This document shows, one piece after another, positions 48,501 through 58,238 of a DNA stretch of 64,000 nt (position 1 is its first letter; every line of letters begins with the position of its first letter). The position numbers and the translations under genes are program-made. Below the pieces are notes generated by a model, which did no database searches, was not told the origin of the DNA, and worked only from the letters and a program-made list of their open reading frames with translations. The stretch comes from Nitrospirota bacterium (lineage in GTDB: Bacteria; Nitrospirota; UBA9217): NCBI GenBank assembly GCA_035623825.1, contig DASPSR010000019.1:1-64000 (forward strand), written 5' to 3'.

Positions 48501-49631
48501 TCAGTAAAACAGCATAAAGCGGCGCGTCTGAATATTCAAGAGTAATCCCAGGGCAATGAAGGTCGTGATGATCGAGGTCCCGCCGTAGCTCACGAGGGGA
48601 AGCGGAACGCCCACGACCGGTACGATGCCAACAGCCATACCCACATTGATAAAAACGTATAACGATATCATGGAAACGATCCCACTAGCCATGAGCACGC
48701 CAAGACGGTCCTTTGCGTTTTTGGCGGCATCCACGCCAATGAGGAGGAGGATCAGGTACAGGAGAATCATGATGCCCGTGCCGATGAAGCCGCGCTCCTC
48801 AGCAATCACGGCAAAGATGAAATCCGTGTGGCGCTCAGGCAGAAATGCCATCTGGCTTTGCGTGCCCTTACGGAATCCTTTGCCGGTGATCTGGCCTGAG
48901 CCCACCGCGATTTTGGACTGATTGGCGTGGTAGCCGCTGCCGAGCGGGTCCGATCCCGGGTCGATGAACGCTCGTATCCGGTTCTGCTGGTATGGCTTGA
49001 GTGACCCCCATATCCTATTCCGCACAGGAGAAACGAGAAAGACCGCCGAGATAATGATAGCTCCACTGAGGATCATGATAAAGGCTGAACGAATGCGGAG
49101 CCCGGCAATCATTACGATAAGGGCAGAAGTAAGGATCAGCATGAGTGCGGTACCGAGGTCGGGCTGCTTGAGTACGAACACGAGCGGGATCAGGACCATG
49201 ATGCCGGGAATAGCCAGATCGCGGAGGCAGTAACCGCCTCGCTTCGGGTCCTCGGCGAAATACCGTGCGAGGGCGAGCGTGAGTGAAAGTTTTGCAAGCT
49301 CCGAGGGCTGGAACGCGAAGGGGCCGATGGCCAGCCAGCGCTGGGCTCCCATGCCGGCCCTCCCAATCACCATGACCAAGATGAGCAGAAAAAGCGAAGC
49401 GGCATACAGCAAATAAGCGTACCGCCCCACGGTGTGGTAATCGGGAATGAGCGCGAGAAACATGATGATGACGCCGATTGAAACCCAGAGAAGCTGCTTG
49501 TAATACAGGGGTGAGGGGCCTTTTACCGTGTAAGTGGCACTGTAGACGGCCGAGAGCCCGATAAGCGCGATGACGCATACGAGGCCGATCATGCCCCATG
49601 GCAGATTAGCGAACCGTCTTCGATCCAGCAT
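48501..49631 (-). CDS. rodA: Rod shape-determining SEDS glycosyltransferase RodA
   Basis: GAQRW, QPSELAK, KQPDLGT, YQQNRI, LPERHTDFIF and PLPLVSYGGTS. Confidence 0.97.
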   Translation of the reverse strand: MLDRRRFANLPWGMIGLVCVIALIGLSAVYSATYTVKGPSPLYYKQLLWVSIGVIIMFLALIPDYHTVGRYAYLLYAASLFLLILVMVIGRAGMGAQRWLAIGPFAFQPSELAKLSLTLALARYFAEDPKRGGYCLRDLAIPGIMVLIPLVFVLKQPDLGTALMLILTSALIVMIAGLRIRSAFIMILSGAIIISAVFLVSPVRNRIWGSLKPYQQNRIRAFIDPGSDPLGSGYHANQSKIAVGSGQITGKGFRKGTQSQMAFLPERHTDFIFAVIAEERGFIGTGIMILLYLILLLIGVDAAKNAKDRLGVLMASGIVSMISLYVFINVGMAVGIVPVVGVPLPLVSYGGTSIITTFIALGLLLNIQTRRFMLFY

Positions 49632-51417
49632 TTTTCATGTACTCCTCAATAACCCTTCGAGCTACCGGTGCGGCAGCACCGCCACCGTGACCTCCGTGCT
49701 CTACGAGCACGGCGACAGCAATCTTCGGATCGTCGACTGGCGCATATGCTATAAACCAGGCGTGATCCTGAGTGCTCCCGGATAGTTTTCTCCCAGGGAC
49801 CTTTTGAGCAATGACCTGCGCGGTGCCTGTTTTGCCTGCCACAGTAACGAACGGGATCTGCGCCGCATGGCCGGTACCTCCGGGCTCGGAGACCACACCG
49901 GCGAGCGCCTTCCTCACCTCTTCAAGTGCGCTGGAGTCGAGTACGATCCTGTTCACCCGCTCGGGCGCAAACACCTGTACAGCGCCTGTCTCCCGGTTCC
50001 GTGTCTTCTTGAGCAACGTAGGCCGATAGAAGTATCCGCCGTTCGCGACAGCGCTGATCATCTGGCAGGCCTGGATGGGGCTAACGAGCACGAAGCCTTG
50101 CCCGATAGAATTGATGTACGTATCTCCCGCGTACCACGCATCTTTCATCTTCTCCTTTTTCCACTCCGTCGTGGGAATGAGTCCCGGTTTTTCGTCTGGC
50201 AGAGGGATGCCGGTCAGACTGCCGTACCCTAGTTTTTTTGCATACTGGGCGATGCGGTCCCAGCCGATACGTTCACCCATGGTATAAAAGTAAACGTCGC
50301 AGGACTCGACGACAGCCTGATGAAAAGAAATGGTCCCATGGCCCCCTTTTTTCCAGCACCGGAAACTGTGTTTGCCGCTTTGGATATAACCTCTGCAGGT
50401 GACCTTGTCGTCGAGCTTGATTACACCAGACTCGAGGCCGGCGAGCGCTACGATGATCTTGAATGTAGAACCCGGAGGATAGACACTCTGGATGGCGCGG
50501 TTATACAGCGGGTGTGTCGGGTCGTTCGTAAGGCGGACCCAGTCTTTAGGAGATATCCCGCGCGGGAAAAGGTTCGGATCGTAGTTCGGATGGCTTGCGA
50601 GCGCAATGATCTCGCCCGAGTTTGGGTCCATCGCAACCACAGCTCCCTGTCGCTCACCGAGTGCTTCCTCGGCCGCCTTTTGCACGTCGAGGTCGATGGT
50701 GAGGTAGAGATCGGTCCCAGGACGCGGCTCTTCGATGCCAAGGTCCTTGACCTTCCTGCCAGCGGCGTTAACCTGGATCATCCTCCTGCCGGCGATCCCG
50801 CGAAGATATTTGTCATAGACCTTTTCGAGCCCGCCCTGACCCGTAAGAAGTCCGATGTCAGTCTGTTCCTGTTTCCGCTGTGACGGCGATACCTTCCCAA
50901 TGTAACCGAGCTGGTGCGAGGCGAGTCCTGCATAGGGATAATGCCGACGGTGCTCCGGTTCGATGATCGCGCCGGCCAAATCCTCTTGGTGCGCCTCCAC
51001 GAAAGCCACCTCATCCCAGGGGGCTTCTTCCCGTATTTTCAAGGGCTCGTATTTGGTTCTTACGGCAGCCGCGTCATCCAGCGCAGTGCGGATGGATTCC
51101 GGAGGAAGCTTGACAATGGTCGATAATTTTCCGATTATGGCATCGAGGTCCTGTGCGTCCTCCGGGACGAGCGAAACGTCAAAGGTGAGCACGTTCTCGA
51201 CGATCGGCCTGCCGCTGCGGTCATAAATGATGCCGCGCGGGGGTCTGATCTTCACCGGTCGGATACGGTTGCTCTCCGCCTGATCGTGGTAGTATTCCCC
51301 TTTCACGGCCTGCAGGTACCACAGACGGATAAAGAGGATGAGAGTGAAAAGGATAATGAACGCCGCCAGGAATGGAAGCCTTCTTTGGATATCGACAGGA
51401 CTATCCTGCTGGTTCAT
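49606..51417 (-). CDS. mrdA: Penicillin-binding protein 2
   Basis: RGIIYDR, PGSTFK (SxxK), SCD (SxD variant of SxN), GKTGTAQ and DHAWF. Confidence 0.97.
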   Translation of the reverse strand: MNQQDSPVDIQRRLPFLAAFIILFTLILFIRLWYLQAVKGEYYHDQAESNRIRPVKIRPPRGIIYDRSGRPIVENVLTFDVSLVPEDAQDLDAIIGKLSTIVKLPPESIRTALDDAAAVRTKYEPLKIREEAPWDEVAFVEAHQEDLAGAIIEPEHRRHYPYAGLASHQLGYIGKVSPSQRKQEQTDIGLLTGQGGLEKVYDKYLRGIAGRRMIQVNAAGRKVKDLGIEEPRPGTDLYLTIDLDVQKAAEEALGERQGAVVAMDPNSGEIIALASHPNYDPNLFPRGISPKDWVRLTNDPTHPLYNRAIQSVYPPGSTFKIIVALAGLESGVIKLDDKVTCRGYIQSGKHSFRCWKKGGHGTISFHQAVVESCDVYFYTMGERIGWDRIAQYAKKLGYGSLTGIPLPDEKPGLIPTTEWKKEKMKDAWYAGDTYINSIGQGFVLVSPIQACQMISAVANGGYFYRPTLLKKTRNRETGAVQVFAPERVNRIVLDSSALEEVRKALAGVVSEPGGTGHAAQIPFVTVAGKTGTAQVIAQKVPGRKLSGSTQDHAWFIAYAPVDDPKIAVAVLVEHGGHGGGAAAPVARRVIEEYMKNAGSKTVR

Positions 51418-51930
51418 CTACAGCTCCTTCTGAAGGGCATGCCGTTTCAACATGTTCAGGGCTCTGCGACTGTTGATGAACCGCAGCAGGAGGATGCCGA
51501 GGACTCCGGTGTAGAGCGCGTTGGGAAGAATGCTGGTAAAGAACATATTGACGATTGGAACAGACCCGTAAAATACTTGGATGAACAACATGATAAAAAG
51601 CCCTTCCGCCAGGGAGAAGGCGATTAGAAAGATGAGATTCGATGGACTTGAGATGTCAAGTACCCTCCTGCCCAGAAGGCCCGCACACAGGCCAATCAGT
51701 CCCCGCGTAAACGCGTTCAGTCCGATGAGGCTCGCAGAACTAATATCCTGAACCAACCCGATGCCGATGCCCGCGAGTGCCGCCTCCACAGGGCCAGTGA
51801 GCAGCCCGATGATATAGAGTACGGCTAACGCAAGGTCTGGCTTGACGCCGGCGAAGGAGAGCGGGTTGAACAGGCTCGCCTGAACCGGGACAATCAGCAG
51901 GAGGATGATGATATAAATGTGGGACTTCAT
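51418..51930 (-). CDS. mreD: Rod shape-determining protein MreD
   Basis: Hydrophobic 170 aa protein with KPDL and GLVQD; lies between mreC and mrdA. Confidence 0.9.
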   Translation of the reverse strand: MKSHIYIIILLLIVPVQASLFNPLSFAGVKPDLALAVLYIIGLLTGPVEAALAGIGIGLVQDISSASLIGLNAFTRGLIGLCAGLLGRRVLDISSPSNLIFLIAFSLAEGLFIMLFIQVFYGSVPIVNMFFTSILPNALYTGVLGILLLRFINSRRALNMLKRHALQKEL

Positions 51931-52733
51931 TTCCGGAGCACCAGTGCCTCTTCCAGACGGGAGAAGCCGACAGCAGGCTTCGCCAAGACGGTCTGAAATG
52001 CGCTAGCCTCATGTTTGGTGACCTTGGTGACCGTAGCAACGGGCAGCCCCTTGGGATAGATGCCATCGAGGCCCGAGGTGATGAGCAGATCCCCCTCCTG
52101 GATGTCAGCGTAGTAGGAAACATACTTGAGGGCGCAGGTGCTGATTTTACCCTCCAACAGACCCTCTTCCCTGTTCCTCTGCACCCTGACGGCGAGTGTG
52201 CTTCCTGGGTCCGTGAGAAGGATTACCTTTGCCGTACCCGACAACACGGTTTGGACCCTCCCGACTACTCCCGCCGGGGTGATCACTGCCATGTCCTTCT
52301 CGACGCCGTCGTCGGCGCCTTTGTTGATGGTTACTGTACGTGAGGAAGGCGACGATTCCTTGGCAATCACCTGCGCCATGATCGATTCCGGGGGATGCTG
52401 TTTTTTGAAGCCCAGCAGATCACGGAGTCGTTCGTTCTCGATGAGGAGTTCGTCGGTAATGGAGGTCTCGAGCTTCAGCTCCTCCACTTCTTGTTTCAGA
52501 CGCCCGTTCTCCCGCTCGGTGCGAACAAGGAAGAAATACCCGTTGACCACGGATTCCGCGAAGCGAAAAGGGCCGGTGATGACGCGTTCAAAAAAGCCAG
52601 ATATCGAAAGAACGGGCTTCTCCATGAATGTCAACCGACCCGCTTTTACCTGGACCGTGACCAGCCAGAACAGGATCATGAAGAGAAGGAACAGGATAAA
52701 GGATCTTTTGTGCTTTAGAATAAACTCGGGCAT
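51927..52733 (-). CDS. mreC: Rod shape-determining protein MreC
   Basis: N-terminal TM, coiled coil ENERLRDLL, INKG..DGV, GVVGRV and TSGLDGIYPKG. Confidence 0.96.
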   Translation of the reverse strand: MPEFILKHKRSFILFLLFMILFWLVTVQVKAGRLTFMEKPVLSISGFFERVITGPFRFAESVVNGYFFLVRTERENGRLKQEVEELKLETSITDELLIENERLRDLLGFKKQHPPESIMAQVIAKESSPSSRTVTINKGADDGVEKDMAVITPAGVVGRVQTVLSGTAKVILLTDPGSTLAVRVQRNREEGLLEGKISTCALKYVSYYADIQEGDLLITSGLDGIYPKGLPVATVTKVTKHEASAFQTVLAKPAVGFSRLEEALVLRK

Positions 52734-52749
52734 TCGAACAGCGCTGTCC

Positions 52750-53775
52750 CTACATAATCACTTTTTTCAGGATTTCCTCGTCATCGAGGACCTTGCCGGC
52801 CCCAAGCGCTACACAGTTGAGGGGATTTTCCGCAATAATGATGGGGAGCGACGTCTCCTCCCTGAGGAAAACGTCCAAACCCTTGAGCAGAGCCCCGCCG
52901 CCAGCAAGCACCATTCCCTTGTCCACTATGTCAGCCGACAGCTCCGGAGGCGTGTTCTCAAGAGCGATTTTGATAGCGTTCAGGATCTGACTGACCGGTT
53001 CTGCAAGCGACTCGCGCACCTCGTCGTCGTCGAGAATCAGCGTCTTTGGGATTCCCGATACCAGGTCCCGCCCCTTGATTTCCATGGTCTGGCGGGTGTT
53101 GTCCGTCTTGTATGCCGATCCGAGATCAAGCTTGACCTGCTCGGCCATCATCTCACCGATCAGGAGATTGTACTTTCGTTTGATATAGTTGATGATGGCG
53201 TCATCCATTTTGTCTCCGCCCACGCGAATCGCCTTGCTGTAAACCACGCCGTCCATGGAAATGACAGCGATGTCCGTTGTGCCGCCGCCGATATCAACAA
53301 TCATGTTGCCCGATGGCTCTGATATGGGCAAGCCGGTTCCGATGGCCGCGGCCACGGGCTCTTCGATGAGATAAACATCTCGTCCGCCGGAAGTTATTGC
53401 AGCATCCTTGACAGCGCGCTGTTCGACCTGCGTGATCCCCGATGGAACGCCGATCACGATTCGGGGTCGCATGAAGGACTTCCGGTTGTGTACCCGCTGG
53501 ATGAAGTATTTGAGCATCTCGCCCGTAATATCGAAGTCGGAAATTACGCCGTCCTTGATCGGACGGATTGTTCTGACATCGCCGGGGGTGCGGCCAAGCA
53601 TCTTTTTGGCTTCGGCTCCCACGGCGAGTACCTTGCCGCTTTTCGCGGAGATTGCAACGACCGAAGGCTCATTGCACACGATGCCTTTTCCCTTGACGTA
53701 CACCAGCGTATTGGCCGTACCTAGGTCGATGGCCATATCATTCGAAAACCATCCCATGATAGTGTTGATGAACAT
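52750..53775 (-). CDS. mreB: Actin-like rod shape protein MreB
   Basis: IDLGTANT, NEPSVVA, IEEPVAAAIG, VDIGGGTT and LAGGGALL. Confidence 0.98.
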   Translation of the reverse strand: MFINTIMGWFSNDMAIDLGTANTLVYVKGKGIVCNEPSVVAISAKSGKVLAVGAEAKKMLGRTPGDVRTIRPIKDGVISDFDITGEMLKYFIQRVHNRKSFMRPRIVIGVPSGITQVEQRAVKDAAITSGGRDVYLIEEPVAAAIGTGLPISEPSGNMIVDIGGGTTDIAVISMDGVVYSKAIRVGGDKMDDAIINYIKRKYNLLIGEMMAEQVKLDLGSAYKTDNTRQTMEIKGRDLVSGIPKTLILDDDEVRESLAEPVSQILNAIKIALENTPPELSADIVDKGMVLAGGGALLKGLDVFLREETSLPIIIAENPLNCVALGAGKVLDDEEILKKVIM

Positions 53776-53916
53776 CGTTATACAAGACTCCTTTCAAACG
53801 CAGGGTAACGGGTGAAGTGTTGGGACTATCGCAATAATTTCAGTCCCGAACCATGCCTAGTCGTGAGACTCTAAAAAACTTGATCTCCTCAATCTCCGCC
53901 TTTGCCACAAGGCTTG

Positions 53917-54405
53917 CTATCCGTCGTGCGATGCAACGTCCTGATTCTCCTCTGCATCCGAAGGAGAAATTGCCTGCATATCGGGTTTCCCGTCAGCAAC
54001 AGCGCCAGCCGGGACTACCGGGATGACCCAAGTCCGCGCCAGCATATCGCCAATCCGCATTCCCCGATCGTCGCCGATGGCGGCAAGGCATTCGATGCTG
54101 AGCGCCACAGGACAGAGGATCCAACCAGCGTACGGGATCAAAAACAGCATAAAAGCCAGCGCGAGCGGAATGTTTCTGATGATCGATTCCCGGTAGGTTG
54201 CCGTCTGCCCCTTATCCATCAGGGCAACACGGATCCCGATCAATTTTTTGCCGGCACTCTGTCCCTCGAACAGCCCATCACGTAAGAGGAGGTAGCCGGC
54301 AGCGGCGAGAAAACCGAGAACATCCGGCAACCGCGCCAGTCCGACGATAAGCAAGAAATCCACAAAACCGGCAGCCGCTCTGGTTGTGAGGTCCGCCTTT
54401 TGCAA
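53917..54405 (-). CDS. RDD family membrane protein
   Basis: R..A..VD, GQSAGKKLIGIRV, IRN and RIGDMLART.V; AGGAGG RBS before TTG. Confidence 0.9.
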   Translation of the reverse strand: MQKADLTTRAAAGFVDFLLIVGLARLPDVLGFLAAAGYLLLRDGLFEGQSAGKKLIGIRVALMDKGQTATYRESIIRNIPLALAFMLFLIPYAGWILCPVALSIECLAAIGDDRGMRIGDMLARTWVIPVVPAGAVADGKPDMQAISPSDAEENQDVASHDG

Positions 54406-54697
54406 TGAGCCTCCTAAACCGTGATATGATAACAGAATAAAAAACTGATTTCAAGGGTAAAAGTTGATTCTCATTCAAAATGAAGGGAACAAAAATGGAG
54501 AGAGAACCGCTTTTACCGTACGGAAAAAGACATAAAAGAGTTTTGATCATTTATTTTTGATATAATGTATAATATGGTATTCAATTGCGACGGAGAGAAT
54601 AGTAGATTCAAGCAGCTGCCGAATCCTCTCACATCGAGATGGCGGTCACTTCTCATGGAACGAAAAAATAAATTAAAAGAATGAAAAAGGAGGGCAT

Positions 54698-55102
54698 ATG
54701 CCGGGAAAATTATCTGCAGGTGATAACATTGTCTCATACTGCACCAAATGCAGGCTGAGCCTTGACCATACCATTGTGGCTGTTGACGGCGAGAAAATCT
54801 CCGAAGTGAAATGCATGACCTGCGGCAGCGCGCACAAATTCCGGAGCGCTGCATCTGTTGCTAAAACCCGGTCCCCAAGAAAGAAGGAGCCGACGGCCAA
54901 AACTGGTGAAGTTCTCTGGGAGACCTGCATTGCAGAGGCAAAAGGAGAAGAGCGCACGTACGATATGGGCGGGAAATACCACGTTGGTGATATCGTGGTG
55001 CACCATGTTTTCGGCAAGGGTGTCGTGCGGAAGCTCTATCTCAACAAGTGCGATGTGCTCTTTAAAGACAAGGAACGGTTGATGGCATCGGCAAATTCGT
55101 AA
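54698..55102 (+). CDS. Conserved hypothetical protein: N-terminal zinc ribbon plus C-terminal SH3/Tudor-like domain
   Basis: CTKC...CMTC...H; C-terminal VGDIVVHHVFGKGVV; AGGAGG RBS. Confidence 0.8.
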   Translation: MPGKLSAGDNIVSYCTKCRLSLDHTIVAVDGEKISEVKCMTCGSAHKFRSAASVAKTRSPRKKEPTAKTGEVLWETCIAEAKGEERTYDMGGKYHVGDIVVHHVFGKGVVRKLYLNKCDVLFKDKERLMASANS

Positions 55103-55290
55103 TACACCCCCTACCACGATGCGGTCTGCCAAAAGAACAGACATGCATTGAATCCCGAGCAACAATAAAACATAATTATCGAAGAATAAAATTCCAAACG
55201 AACCAGTTTGTCGTGTTCTTTGGGCTATCTCTGGGAATCGCAATGTGATGCTTAAATTCATGTCACGCGATGGCTCCGCTCTCCATTTCC

Positions 55291-56445
55291 ATGAACAAAG
55301 CCAAAATTCTTATTACCTGTGCCAAAGGTATATCTCCATTTTTGAAGCAGGAACTCCGAGCCCTGGATTTCCCCATTATTTCTGAAATGATTGCCGGTGT
55401 CGAGACCGAAGGCGTTTTCGACGATACGCTTCTGCTCAACCTTTCCCTTCGCACCGGTCATCGCGTATTGTTTCCTGTCAAAGAATTCAGAGCGAAAAAT
55501 TCTGACGAGCTCTACCATGCACTTTTCGGCATGAGCTGGGAAGACCATATTCCAGATGATGGCTACCTCTGTGTGACCTCGGCCGTGGACAATCCGACGA
55601 TTAAAGACCCGCGCTATGCGAATCTCAAATGCAAGGATGCGATCGTAGATCGAATCATGGAAAAGCGGGGAAGACGGCCTGACTCGGGTCCTAAGCGGGA
55701 CCGTTCCGTGGTGCATCTCTACTGGAAAGACGAGCACGGCGTCATGTACCTCGACACCTCGGGAGAGCCTTTATCGCGCCGAGGATATCGGAAGATTCCG
55801 CTTTCTGCGCCGATGCAGGAGACGTTAGCCGCCGCAGTCGTGCTCGCAACGGGATGGAATGGCAGCGGGAATTTCATCAACCCCATGTGCGGTAGCGGGA
55901 CTCTCGCCATTGAGGCGACACTCATCGGTCTGAATCGGGCTCCAGGGCTTCTGCGCGGCAACTTCGGGTTCATGCATATAAAAGGTTTTCGCAAATCGTT
56001 CTGGAACGATCTTCGTGAACGAGCAAAAAAGAAGGTAAAAAAGTCTATTGCCGGCAGGATCATTGCTACCGACATCGAACCCGGAGCAGTGGAGGCAGCG
56101 AAAAGGAACGCGATTACCGCAGGCGTGGAGCGTCTGATTGCATTTGACGTGTGCGATTATGCTGATACGCCTCTGCCGGACGGCCGAGGTGTCATTGTAA
56201 TAAATCCAGAATACGGAGTACGGATGGGAGAAGTCTCGAAGCTCGTTGAGACATACAAAGGCATCGGTGATTTTTTTAAGCAGAGGTGCCAAGGATACAA
56301 GGGATATGTTATTACGGGAAATCCCGACCTTGCAAAGAAGATAAGCCTGAAACCATCAAAGGCCATTCCCTTCTTCAACAGTGGAATAGAATGCAGGCTG
56401 TTTGAGTATGAGCTGTATGAACGGACGAGGAAGGTGACAAAGTAG
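55291..56445 (+). CDS. THUMP-domain class I SAM-dependent RNA methyltransferase (RlmL-like)
   Basis: LRTGHRVL, KDAIVD, LDTSGEPLSRRGYR, APMQETLAAA, NPMCGSGT and NPEYG. Confidence 0.9.
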   Translation: MNKAKILITCAKGISPFLKQELRALDFPIISEMIAGVETEGVFDDTLLLNLSLRTGHRVLFPVKEFRAKNSDELYHALFGMSWEDHIPDDGYLCVTSAVDNPTIKDPRYANLKCKDAIVDRIMEKRGRRPDSGPKRDRSVVHLYWKDEHGVMYLDTSGEPLSRRGYRKIPLSAPMQETLAAAVVLATGWNGSGNFINPMCGSGTLAIEATLIGLNRAPGLLRGNFGFMHIKGFRKSFWNDLRERAKKKVKKSIAGRIIATDIEPGAVEAAKRNAITAGVERLIAFDVCDYADTPLPDGRGVIVINPEYGVRMGEVSKLVETYKGIGDFFKQRCQGYKGYVITGNPDLAKKISLKPSKAIPFFNSGIECRLFEYELYERTRKVTK

Positions 56446-56502
56446 AAATCGGCAGGGAAGCAGAGTGTGAAGCCAAGGGGTTTTTTATTTAGCAACGCGA
56501 AT

Positions 56503-57804
56503 CTACGCGCTTTTTAAATATTCAACGATTTTTTCTCGCACGGTCCTAAAGATTTCATCGAATCGCTTCTCGTCCGACTCCAGCAGCGTGATCCGGAAGC
56601 CCTTCAGGCTGCAGTTGAACCCTGTGAGGGGGACGACGCAGATGCCGCTTGCGGCCAGAAGGTAATAGACGAAGCGCTTGTCGAGGGCCACGTTCTTCGT
56701 GATCTGCTCCGCGTATCTCTTCACCTCCGGATCGGCGATAGGCAGGACCTGGCGATCGTTCAATACGCCTTCCTCGAACATCACGGTCATGTAGAAGGCG
56801 CCGTTGGTCCTGTTCACGACTATCCCATCAACATCTTTCAAGAGGTCATATGCGAAAGAGGATCTCCGCTCGTAGGTTTTGTTTCTTTTTTCAATATGGG
56901 CCTCATACCGGCTGTCGCCCATTATTGTCGGAATCACCTTCTGGGGTAGAGTGGTAGAGCATACCTCGAGCATCTTGTCGTCCAGGATGCTCTTTACGTA
57001 CTTGGCGAAAACTAAGTCTTTCCGCTCGTTGTACACTTCCATCCAGCCGCAGCGCGCACCAGGCCAGGGGAGCTCCTTAGAGATGCCTTTCATGGCGATG
57101 CCGCAGACATCGTTGATAACCGCGGCCAAGGGAACGGCTTTCGTCCCGTTGTAGGTTAGGTTGATGTAGATCTCGTCGCTCACCAAGAAAAGATCAAACT
57201 CCCGGGCGATGGCCACGATCTCCCGCAGTATCTCTTTGGGATAGACGGCGCCTGTCGGGTTGTCTGGGTTGATGATGAGGATGCCAGATACAGCGGGATT
57301 GTACTTCACCTTCATCCGCAAGTCCGCGAGGTCTGGATACCAGTGGTTGTGCGGGTTAAGGTTATACGAAATGTATTCCGCTCCGGCGTGCGCTGCTTCA
57401 GCAGATGAATGTGTGCTATATGCAGGGCTAGGGCCGATTACGCGATATTCCTTCCTGAGCTGACCATAGAGCTTGCTGATGGCATCGCCCAAGCCGTTGA
57501 AGAAGATGATATCCTCTTTCGTGATCTTGACGTTTCCGTTCTTGATGGCAATCTGTGCAAGAAACTCCCGCGTCGCCTCGAGGCCCTTGGTAGGTGAATA
57601 GGCGTAGGAAGCGTTGTCGCGATTCGCTTCAATGACAATATCCTTGATCCAGTCGGGGATCTTTTCGCCTTTTTGCACGGGGTCTCCGATGTTTTCCCAA
57701 ACGATGTCCAGCCCGAGCTTTCCGAATTCCTTGGCAACTGCTACGATCTCCCGGATCTCATACTTCAGTTCGTCGGCGCCGATCGATACAATATCGTTTC
57801 TCAT
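56503..57804 (-). CDS. PLP-dependent aminotransferase class I/II (AlaA/AspC-like)
   Basis: NIGDP, INPDNPTG, SDEIY and GISKELPWPGARCGW. Confidence 0.92.
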   Translation of the reverse strand: MRNDIVSIGADELKYEIREIVAVAKEFGKLGLDIVWENIGDPVQKGEKIPDWIKDIVIEANRDNASYAYSPTKGLEATREFLAQIAIKNGNVKITKEDIIFFNGLGDAISKLYGQLRKEYRVIGPSPAYSTHSSAEAAHAGAEYISYNLNPHNHWYPDLADLRMKVKYNPAVSGILIINPDNPTGAVYPKEILREIVAIAREFDLFLVSDEIYINLTYNGTKAVPLAAVINDVCGIAMKGISKELPWPGARCGWMEVYNERKDLVFAKYVKSILDDKMLEVCSTTLPQKVIPTIMGDSRYEAHIEKRNKTYERRSSFAYDLLKDVDGIVVNRTNGAFYMTVMFEEGVLNDRQVLPIADPEVKRYAEQITKNVALDKRFVYYLLAASGICVVPLTGFNCSLKGFRITLLESDEKRFDEIFRTVREKIVEYLKSA

Positions 57805-58007
57805 GAGACTTAAATGTCGGATGTCCCCCGAAAAACAACTGGGAAGAAGACATCCCCTCCATAATCATTATATATACCGATAATTTCGTATATTACTAAA
57901 AGTACGGAGCAGAGTAAAGATATTTATTCAAAAGGTCGCGGCGTCAGGGTTATTGGAACTTGAAAGAGGAATGTAGTCTGGTTTACAAACGGAAGGGGAC
58001 GCTAATA

Positions 58008-58213
58008 TTTTATGCAAACAACCGCTTATTTTGAGCGTGGGTGCAACGATGCTGCTTCAACTTTGCACCATGTATATCCCTGCGCTCGATCCCGTTTTCA
58101 AGCCTCAGCCACTCAGCGCACATGAGTTGCCGGCAATGCTCGGCCCGTCCACTGTCATCCTCTTCGCCATAGCAACGGAAAAGTTCGCGAAGAGAATTAA
58201 AAAAACCGCTTGA
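58008..58213 (+). pseudogene. Remnant of the C-terminus of a cation-transporting (P2-type) P-type ATPase
   Basis: N-[frameshift]-PLILSVGATMLLQLCTMYIPALDPVFKPQPLS..EL...LG.S.VILF...EK..KR resembles the final TM pair of Ca-type ATPases; the upstream body is absent. Confidence 0.6.
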
Positions 58214-58238
58214 CAAAAAGAACAGTGAATTCCATAAT
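58210..58238 (+). promoter_or_regulatory. sigma70 promoter for the transporter, implying a leader of about 240 nt
   Basis: TTGACA (58210-58215), 17 bp spacer, CATAAT (58233-58238). Confidence 0.65.

Noticed and set aside
52126-53322. 398-aa plus-strand ORF, and similar long antisense ORFs at 7282-8004, 23270-24064, 28032-28685 and 43758-44597
   Set aside because: They lie antisense to well-supported genes (mreC/mreB, mutS2, CoA-transferase, ferritin, rng), have no motifs, and are expected from codon bias at this GC.
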